A stretch of 55,518 nucleotides of DNA, counting the filler, from Circinaria calcarea (taxonomy: Eukaryota): NCBI GenBank assembly GCA_051942165.1. It is 5 parts of 5 records of this genome, joined end to end, with 100 filler letters (N's around TTAATTAATTAA, not from the genome) between each part and the next. Parts side by side here need not be neighbours in the genome. Positions count along the whole stretch, not along the records: positions 33,392 to 44,410 come from JAVECS010000727.1; positions 44,511 to 55,518 come from JAVECS010000728.1; 3 more parts are not named here. One strand, given 5' to 3'. Position numbers and translations under genes: made by a program. The notes beneath the pieces are model-generated. The model was not told the DNA's origin, did not search any database, and saw only the letters and a list, made by a program, of their open reading frames with translations. Below, one piece after another: positions 39,051-47,953 of the stretch. Within the stretch, counting starts at the first letter, position 1. Each line of letters starts with the position of its first letter.

Positions 39051-39575
39051 ATGTCCGCTCAAGCAGCCAATATCTCCAGCGAGGCTGCTTATGCGACGAA
39101 ATTGCTCGACAAAGCGGTTTCCTATATCGGAGAAGTTCGCAAGACCTACAAAAATAATCTCAACGACATCAGAAGTCTTCTCCAGAGTGTCAAATACCAA
39201 GACGCCTTACAGACGCCCACTGTTGGTCTTGCGCTTTCCACAGTCAAGGACGTTTTGGAGAGGCTGGTACAAGTTTCGAAATCCCCAAGGGATTTAAATC
39301 ATCAACTATCCAAAATAATGGACGAACTCAATCAGGCAACAGTCAATCTGAGATCTCAACTCCCAGGCGATATCTCCACTGCTTCTGATAACAATGCAAA
39401 GAGTGGAATCCAGACTAACGCTGCCATTGGAGGAAATTCTCCGGAGGGGCGCGTGGGTACTACGGCATCAAGGAATACGGCTACGAACAGTATGCAAACG
39501 AATGCCCCCGTGTATGGAAATCCCGAAGCTATCGCCGAATTCACCAATCTCTGGGCTCCGGGGAGGGGAAATTAG
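39051..39575 (+). CDS. Short HeLo-like/SesA-type helical protein with C-terminal two-repeat candidate prion-forming domain (174 aa)
   Basis: Amphipathic helical N-domain paralogous to the 40417 gene (LL..A.S.I..VRK, DAL.T..V, DV..RLV, R.L.HQL, IM..L..A). C-terminal repeats STASDNNAKSGIQTNAAIGG (39375-39434) and TTASRNTATNSMQTNAPVYG (39459-39518), then FTNLW. Confidence 0.8.
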   Translation: MSAQAANISSEAAYATKLLDKAVSYIGEVRKTYKNNLNDIRSLLQSVKYQDALQTPTVGLALSTVKDVLERLVQVSKSPRDLNHQLSKIMDELNQATVNLRSQLPGDISTASDNNAKSGIQTNAAIGGNSPEGRVGTTASRNTATNSMQTNAPVYGNPEAIAEFTNLWAPGRGN

Positions 39576-40086
39576 GAAACAACTGTACGCCAGAGTAACA
39601 CCGCCCTGACGAGGGGAGGGACATGAAGAATACTCCTTATTGTATATATTGCTGCTTGGCTTCTTCCGGAATTAATATAGCTTCCTCTAAGATGCATTGA
39701 TATTATGTAGTTGCGAAGAGATCTAAGGGTGTGTATTAATCGTCAATACTGCAAAACCCGTCCAGCTCTCTACCCCATTGGTTTGTGGATTTCGGTCCCC
39801 TACCTGCCGCGAGACTGGTTTGCATGATTGCAGTCTCCAAATACTAAATATTACACGATTTCCCGGTCTTTGACGCTGGGCGACATATCCTAGAATATAA
39901 AGAGCGTGCCGGTCTCTGATTTAATAATATTGTGTCGCTGTGCTTCTTTGAATTAAGCATGAGAGGTTACTCTCTCGCACATTTGGAAGATTATGGAAAG
40001 ATATAGAAAGCTTATATAACGCGCAGCGGGGTAAACATATTCCGGGCGCGTATTCCATCCTAAGCTTTGCCAACGAAAACTCAACG

Positions 40087-40307
40087 TCTCGGCACACCAT
40101 AACTCCGCCCCACCTAATGTCTACGCAACACCACGACTTTTTTCCACTACACCACATACAACTTCTATGCAAAATGCCGGGGAAATGTTGAGTCACCTCT
40201 CTTGTTCTTGGAATCATAAATTCAATCACGAATTTCTTATACCTGCTAAATAATTGTATCTGGTGTTGCGTAGAAATTAGGTGGGGCGGAGTTTTGGTGT
40301 GCCGAGA
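40087..40307. mobile_element. 221-bp MITE with 47-bp TIRs
   Basis: TCTCGGCACACCA(T/A)AACTCCGCCCCACCTAAT(G/T)TCTACGCAACACCA at 40087 and as reverse complement ending 40307 (2 mismatches). Confidence 0.85.
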
Positions 40308-40416
40308 ATTCTGTCAACCGCGTGACTCCGCATCCTACTTCCAAGGTTGGAAGATCCGTTCAGGGTTTATGGTCAGCTCGCGGGAATTTAATTTAATCAA
40401 GAAATTTGCTTACAGC

Positions 40417-41337
40417 ATGATCTAGTTGGGTCTCGAAATTATTGGAGCCGCTTCGGCTGCGTCAGCCCTGCTGGAAACAGCAATCAGCATTATCAAACGG
40501 GTTCGCAAGGCACATGAACAGCAGAAAAACCTTGCCAAGGTGTTAAGAAGTCATTATGATGAACTGATAAGCACCAGGAAGACTATTCAGATTGTTGAGG
40601 ACGAGGACGCCTTGCGGACGGCAGCTGTTGTTTCCGAGCTAGTCAAGCTTGAAGATGTTGCAGCAAGGCTCGTCGATTGTCTTGAAAAGATGGTTCCAGG
40701 GACCAAAGGCTCCATGCGTCAACTCGCCCATCAACTTGTGCAAGGATCAAGAGATGAAAACGCGCTCGCTGATATAATGAACAAACTTAGCCGAGCAAAT
40801 TCGAGTCTTAGCCTGCATATCCAGGTTGCTAATGTCGGCCTGATGCGAACTATCAGAGACAATTTTGTTGCAAATGCGGAAGTCGTTAATCGGATTGACC
40901 TTGTCCTTCAGCAAGTTTTCGGCGAAGGGAGAGGGCTGAAGCTAGCCGAGTTGCTCAGATACCGGTCTGCCCGAGGTATGTCTGATTGTCCGTACAGTTT
41001 GAAAAACTGACATTGAATAGATGACGGCATGGTACCTCTAAGCGATGGCGATATCGCATGGCTTACTGATGAAGTGGCTTTCCTTACTGGTGATGCAGAC
41101 ACCGCCTCTAAACCTGCAGCGAACGGTCTTACGTCGCGGATCGTTATTGATAACTCAACAGAAGAGCAAGCTTTGCAGATCAACGGGCCGATTGGGGAGA
41201 AGGGTTGGTGGGAGGTTAGTCACCTCGAGATTAGGAGAAACAAGGCCATCGGTAGGAGTATACAGGTCAATCATAGCATGTCGATGGATGCATTTGAGCG
41301 TTTATTGGCCGTTCGTGCTGCAGATTCACGAGGATAA
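40417..41337 (+). CDS. SesA/HeLo-like (MLKL-like 4-helix) effector with C-terminal two-repeat motif; in-frame TAG at codon 3 (possible pseudogene)
   Basis: ATG ATC TAG then LGLEIIGAASAASALLETAISII (hydrophobic N-terminal helix typical of HeLo-like/SesA domains). Intron 40976-41020. Repeats RIVIDNSTEEQALQINGPIG (41137-41196) and LEIRRNKAIGRSIQVNHSM (41224-41280). Confidence 0.75.
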
Positions 41338-42373
41338 ATTATAAGCGTATCAGCTTTCGAACTAGAAGCCTAGAATTGATAGGGCAGAGCTGGCGCTCTA
41401 ATTATAATAATACTAAAGAGTTGATTTTCTGTCCAATATATTAGTTATTCGAGCGTTAATCACTGATTAGTCCCAGATCTGGAGGCTTCTGTTATTAGCC
41501 TGGCAGGTTTGCAGGACTGCGAGAAATGAGATGGAATAGTAGTAGAGGGAAAGTTGTATCTGTAATCAAATAGGTCCATCACACTCACTCAAATTGAAGC
41601 GAGACTTCGGAACGTGTGCAAGATGTTACACTTGCAATTCGCGTTAATCAACTCTCTTTAGCCAGGTCAAGGAAACACCCAGGGATATCAACCTTAATGG
41701 AAGCAAGTATACTGTGCATCAAATTATTTCCTCGGGTACCCGTCCACGCCGTCGCCAAAGGCATGGTCAACACTGGCTTCTGAAGTGATGCCACGGTGGA
41801 TCGGGCCCGGCAAAACCTAGCTGTGAATGTAGAAGCCATGTCTCCAAGATTTACAACAGGTAGTACCCATGACATCAAAGTTTTGCATAGGACCTGAATA
41901 GGGGTCCATGTTGCCACGGCTCCGCGGAGCAATACACAAGTATATCCGGCATCGTGCAAGTCGCTACCACAGCTGGAAGATACTCCATTCTCTTCAAAAT
42001 AGTAAACGTAGAGACTATTCTGCCACGCGCAGGCTTACCAATGAAGTCAGGGCGCCCTTTGCAACAGCATATGCGACAGTTTGTAGAAAATATTTAAAGT
42101 GCGATTCCGGTTGCGGCGAAGACCTAAATAATCTGGCACTCCAAGCCCGCATATTTGAAGACATCATTTGCTAAATAGAGGGAATGGAAGAAGGTTTCCG
42201 GAAAGTGCAAGTCGGATCGTGATGGCAGAAACCCAGCTTCAGGAAATTAGCCACCTAAGACCTCGCGGTACACTTTCCAATTGCCAAGGAAGCAGATTCT
42301 GGCGAAGTAGCCCCTCTCGCCAGTTAGAAGCCTCAGTCGCCATACTTTTCCTAGATACTGTTATTTTTTTGCA

Positions 42374-43557
42374 TTAAGCCACATCTACCCCTTCCAATCC
42401 CGCTAGTACCTCCTCACCTACTCCACCCTTTTCTAAAATCAACCCCAATATCTTCCCTACTAGACCCCTCTTCATACCTCCCCTTGGGGGCCTCCAGACC
42501 CCTTCTTCATTTCCCTCGCGTTGACCTACCTCTTTCTCACCAGCCTGACTTCCCCCAGTTGCCGTGTTGAGAGCATCCGGGATGCCTGGCGTGGTCAGAC
42601 GGGATGGCGGATCGATGGTACGGATGGAGAGGAGTTGTAGCGAATCAGAGTTGGGTGTAGATACAGATGATGTTGTGATGGAAACAGCGAGCACGGCGTC
42701 GGCAACGGCAAGTTCTTCGCGTGTAGGATCGAAAAGGATGTTCGGTCCAATGGCCATAACGAGAAGGGTGATTGGTGGGCGGCTTTGGTAGGTTGACTTG
42801 GTAGTTGGCTTAGTATTAATGGCCTTGTTGAAGCGTGGGTAGAGTGGTATCGATGCCTCCCAGTCATCGTCAAAAAGTGGATCCTCGTCCAATTCTGACT
42901 TGAGGGCTGGAAGACGAGTGGATAGAAGGGCCAAATGGGTAGTAAGGGAAAGGAGGGGGATAGGGTATGAGAGAGGTGGCGAGAGAAGCAGAATCTTTGA
43001 ACAAAGATTAGCATTATCTCGAACAAGTCAGCTGCCATAGATACATCAATATAAAGCTTCCAGTGCCAGCGGCGGTTGATCCACAATTTATCCACCAAGT
43101 CCCCCGTCGACAGTAAAGCTTCATTCAGCATAGCTGCCAGAAACACTGGCAGTGCATCATCCTCTCTAAATCCTGGAATATCAATTGTCATCTCTACCCA
43201 GCCATTTTCCCCCGAGCCTTTTCTTCCTGGCGTGACTCCCTCCTCTTCCTCCACATCACCCATTTCTTCATCTTGCGCTCCAGTGCCAATGTGTATCTTC
43301 AAGTTATCACCGTTCAACCCACGCAAAGGAGTTTTCTCCACTTCGGCTTTTACACCTACAATGGCTTCTGTCCCGTCGGCGAAGCATATTCGTGCGCTAC
43401 CATTAGTTCCAGGTAGGATCTCTGTTTCCGCGACGAGCGGTCGAAATTGGGAAGGATGGCGGGAATCAGGCCGTATGGGTGGTGTGAAGGAGAGAGAGGA
43501 GTGGAGATAGGAGAGCTCAGCGGGTGAAAGCAGGAGCTGCGTCGTTGAAGGTGCCAT
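42374..43557 (-). CDS. RRP42: Exosome complex RNase PH-like subunit Rrp42
   Basis: LSPAELSYL..PIRPDSR..QFRPLVAETEILPGTNGSARI..EAIVGVKAEV, WKLYID|ILLLSPP, FDDDWE, NILFDPTREELAVA. Intron 42995-43044. Confidence 0.9.
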
Positions 43558-43981
43558 AGAAAGATGAACGGCAGGGAAGGATTAGCCGACAAGAGGGTGG
43601 CTTGAAAGGCTTGCACAATATATTAATCATTTTTATCCACCGCCAAAATCCAGATCTATAACCCGGTTCTTCTCTATTCTCTGCATTATTTCTTACATTT
43701 AACATAGCCTCAAGGTTCTATCAAGGTATCCCATCAGGTCTCCCCCTTTTTCACTTCTTAATCAGAGTCGGAAAAGTGGATTTTGTCAGGAAGAAGATTT
43801 TCACACTATCATCGGCTTCTTGGCTTCTTGGCTTAGGATTCAAGACAAACATTCAGATCCGTCTGGCCTTATAGGCGTTATACATTCAGACCGTGAGTAG
43901 AAGGCAGTACATATCCCTTTTTGTCATCTCCGACTTTGTGCTCGTTGTGATTCATGTTTGAACGTGCAACTTGTCCACCCT

Positions 43982-44410
43982 TTACACAGTAATCTCCGCC
44001 CTTGCCCTACCTACCTCGTCGCTCACCCTGTCCATCTGCTTTACCTGCTCGGCCGCCTTACCCGTACCGACCTCTTCCTCTCCGCCTCCATACCTCTCTT
44101 CCGCACCCGCAATGCACTGCATGTTCGCTCCGAGCTTGTTCATCGTCTCCATCCACTCCTCGTACGGATCGCTATCAAACACAATCCCGCCACCCGCTTG
44201 CAAATGCGCCACACCGTCCTTTACCAGCATAGTCCTCAAGGCAATACATGTATCCATTGCGCCCTCTTCCAGTTTCACCTCACCCTTCTCATCGAAGCTG
44301 ACACTGTCATAGCCAAAGTAGCCTACCGCGCCGGCATAAACCCCTCGCTTTTCACCCTCGAGTTCGGCGATTAATTCCATAGCACGGACCTTGGGAGCAC
44401 CGCTTACGGT
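43982..44410 (-). CDS. TRP2: Anthranilate synthase component I, C-terminal fragment (5' part beyond contig end)
   Basis: [59 protein letters not shown]. Confidence 0.92.
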   Translation of the reverse strand, partial: TVSGAPKVRAMELIAELEGEKRGVYAGAVGYFGYDSVSFDEKGEVKLEEGAMDTCIALRTMLVKDGVAHLQAGGGIVFDSDPYEEWMETMNKLGANMQCIAGAEERYGGGEEEVGTGKAAEQVKQMDRVSDEVGRARAEITV

Positions 44411-44510
44411 NNNNNNNNNNNNNNNNNNNNNNNNNNNNNNNNNNNNNNNNNNNNTTAATTAATTAANNNNNNNNNNNNNNNNNNNNNNNNNNNNNNNNNN
44501 NNNNNNNNNN
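44411..44510. other. Artificial contig linker
   Basis: N44-TTAATTAATTAA-N44. Confidence 0.98.
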
Positions 44511-44929
44511 GTGGAAGGGTATGGTGGTAAGATAAACGGGTATAGGGGTAAGGAATGGTATGTTCGGAAGGTATGGGAGTAATTCGCCGTACTACGTATT
44601 TATAGTTCTACACCACGGAGTTTTAGAAGCCCCTATATTTTACTGCCATACTCTCCCTATTTGCCCGCATAATCCCCGCTATCTTACAGATTATTGCCAT
44701 TACCCCTATGTTGATTATTGGCTATGTTAGTTGTCTATTTGAAACAGTTTAACGTGCTTAAAGCAGTCAACGAAATCAATGAGTTGGATTGATTCAACGG
44801 CTAACCTACCACAGCTAAGTTTTCCTTCCTTTCTTCTGATTAATGACTTGACTAATTGTGCACTGGATGCCGCCCATGGGGGACGTGTAGCAGTCTTCAG
44901 AATGTCGCCGATACAGTTTCTGATGAAAT

Positions 44930-47435
44930 TGATGAAATGCCTATGGTCACGTTGTGCCTAAGCATTTGGAAAGGGAAATCAATGGGTTGAAGCTATCGAA
45001 TTACTATGGAACTGTGGTGGTATTTTGGATAGTCATGACCCTGCAGCTTGCCCACTTGATGCGGAGAAGCAAACATGTAAACAAAGGCTTCAACAAACCT
45101 CCGGGAATGCTCTGCATTGAATGCGCGGATGTGCAGAACTTCTGCGCGCATGCTCACCCATTCCACCACATTCCAACAGTTTCCGCCACCACAGCTATCT
45201 TCCGCCTCCACCTGGGCGTGCCTCCTGTCCTTCAAACCCTCATCTACGAAACCGTGAGGTTCCGGCTGTCGTCCGACTGCTTCCTTCACCCATCCCTCCA
45301 CCTCCGGTGCCGATACCATACCCGAGCCTTTCAAAGCCTCCTTTCACGGGCGGATGGTTGGCGCTGTGGACGAGAAGGAGGAGGAAATATAACTTGAGCT
45401 GCCCGAGATTCAAACGATGTCTCCTGTCGGAGAGCATTCCTCCTTGCGCTGAGCCTAATCAGCAGCCTCTTTTGTTTAGCTAGCTCGTTATGCTAGAAGC
45501 TAATTCAAAGCAGACACCCAGTACGAACCTCCTGCTGGATCTGGATCCCTAACAATATATGAATGAAGTTCTTTTTGTTTGGATCGTCTGAGAAGCTTGG
45601 GGTGGGACTATTTTTAGGGGGTGGCAAGCGACGCATCCAAATTCTTGCTGTCATTCCTGCTGGAGCTCTACTTCTGAGCAGACTAGAAGCTCTTGAACAT
45701 AGGCGGAGCAGTCCTCTTAACCCCCTTCTTTGAAGCCGTACTAACGGCTGCATTGAATACTCTGCTCTGGGTCGGGGCTGGCTATCCTACTCACCCCCGT
45801 CATCGACGCTGATGATATGAACATCCTAGATGACGCTAACAAATTCTCGATATTCTCCTCGTTATCAAGTGCTGACTAGTTAATGATGTGTTATGCAGGT
45901 ACGGCAGTAACTCGCCGCTTATTCCCATTTCCTTCACTAACTCATCTGTTCTACTTCATTATTGACGAATTTTAATTCATTATTACCTCCACTATTCCAC
46001 TACCTACTTCAATACCTACTTCACTATTTCTGCGTTTCATTCTCTCTACTTTTATTTTCTTATCCGCAATATTGTTTCTACCTCTGCACCTTCAGTTTTG
46101 CTCCTCAATCTAGATTACCTGCCACCTCATTTAGGTTATCTTTAGCCCTGAATCCTTCTTTGAATCAAAGTTGCCTAATCGAGCTTATCCCTTCGTTCGT
46201 CGTTTACTCATGCAAACAGAATTAAGTGCACAAAACCCAGCTATGGAAAAAGCGAATAAAGACAGCTCGACCAAGGAGCAGACGGTATTTAGATAGCCCT
46301 ATTTCGAGAAATTAACTAATCAAGCCCTGCAGATAAAGAAGATATCCAGTCTTACTCAGCGTAAAATCGACCTCGAGGCGAACGGTGTGGATCCTTTAGT
46401 ACCATGCCTACATTGTCTAGACCTAAAGTACTATGGTACACATCGTGTTGACTGGGCTTGCAAAGTCTTCCCTGAGGATTTCAAATCTAGATCGATCAGA
46501 TGTTTATCCTGCACGAGGAAAAATAGAGGGCCATGCAGAAAGGTTAGTTGATATGTCGATTGCTATGATATTGTTAACAGAAATTAAGGTCCCAGAACCT
46601 CTTGTCCCTGCCGCGCAAGATCTACGCGGGTGTATTATGAAATATCAGGAACAAGAAAATGGACCGGACCGTGGATCCCTCCTCCAACAGCTACGTGCTA
46701 GCAAGGCGAAATTCGACATCGCTCTTGAGAAATATAATACGGATAATCGAGTAACCCTAAATGAGGAGGCTATGGTGAGTACATCAAGCGTTAGTATTTT
46801 GATTAAAATACTTTACTAATTATTTAGAATCCCTCTGCCAACCACCCGGAGATAGCAGTGCCGACTGCCACCCAAACACCGTCCCCAGCGACTGTTACCC
46901 AAGCCCCGTCCCCAGAGCAGGAATTACATGGTATGTGTTTAGATCTTTTGAAAGATCATGGAGATCAGGAACTACAAATCACGTTGTTAAAGGCAGAGAA
47001 CAAGTCTCTAAGGGAAGAGGTTGAGGCTCTGAAGAAAAACTCCCGTTAAGGGGCCCTATTGGAAGTCGTAGGGCTTATTGGATCACCTGTTACCTTCGGG
47101 TATGCGTGGTGTAAGGGTGCTAGGACAGGCTAGACTTGTATCAGGGATAGAGTCACACCGCAGTGCACGATTACCGGAACATAATATTGGTCTATTGTTA
47201 TGTTGGAATGTGGTGGAATGTGAGCATGCGCGCGGAAGTTCTGCACACCCGCGCATTCAATACAAAACATTCCCGGAGGTTCATTGAAGCCTTTATTTAC
47301 ATGTTTGCTGCTCCGCATCAAGTGGGCAAGCTGCAGGGTCATGACTATCATAATTGCATAGTAATTCGATAGCTTCAACCCATTGATTTCCCTTTCCAAA
47401 TGCTTAGGCACAACATGACCATAGGCATTTCATCA
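44930..47435. mobile_element. ~2.5-kb segment bounded by ~240-bp inverted repeats (non-autonomous long-TIR element or inverted duplication)
   Basis: 44930-45178 is the reverse complement of 47201-47435 at high identity, with a short indel. The ORF track shows the same peptide (MPKHLEREINGLKLSNYY...) on opposite strands. Confidence 0.7.
46210..47049 (+). CDS. Hypothetical ~230-aa protein with atypical Cys6 (Zn-cluster-like) motif and C-terminal coiled coil
   Basis: Four in-frame exons (46210-46284, 46333-46542, 46589-46774, 46828-47049). PCLHC-x13-C-x12-CLSC-x7-C. Ends LLKAENKSLREEVEALKK. Confidence 0.7.
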
Positions 47436-47953
47436 GATTCTGTTTTCTATTTCCTTCCTTGAAATGGACTTTACGAAGCTAGTGGAACAAGCAATCTGCT
47501 CTCTTTTCCCATCCAGCTGTACTATTTAGAACGGAATGACTCGGGACGGTATACATGACAGTATAAGTTTATATTGTGCGCTTTTATCATGCAAAGCAGG
47601 CCGATACGCCTACAGGGCAGGCTGGCAAGGGTCTGGAAGCTTTGTGCCGGGAGGTAATTGCGCCCGAGAGAAACGGAAGCATTACAGGCAGGCATTACGT
47701 CTTCAAGAGCAAATGCACAATATGGCTGCGAAACGTGTATGTGTAATCTATCGGAAATATTATGCGTGTAGGGAAGAGTAGTTCGCCTGTTTTCAAGGCA
47801 CTTGGGCCGCAATGCGCATAAGCGGTGTAAAAATCAAAAATAAATCGAAAAAGCAATCACAAATGTACATAGTCACGTAGAAATCCACATAGTTCATAAA
47901 ATAATTATTGATTTACCTATTCTATATCCCCTGTATATATATTGACGCTCAGA

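Noticed and set aside
41648..42377. Short ORFs between the effector and RRP42 as additional island genes
   Set aside because: No recognisable motifs or coherent exon chain.
44954..45397. Duplicated ORF MPKHLEREINGLKLSNYY... (also 47130-47411) as a gene pair
   Set aside because: Non-ATG starts, and the similarity is explained by the inverted repeat itself.
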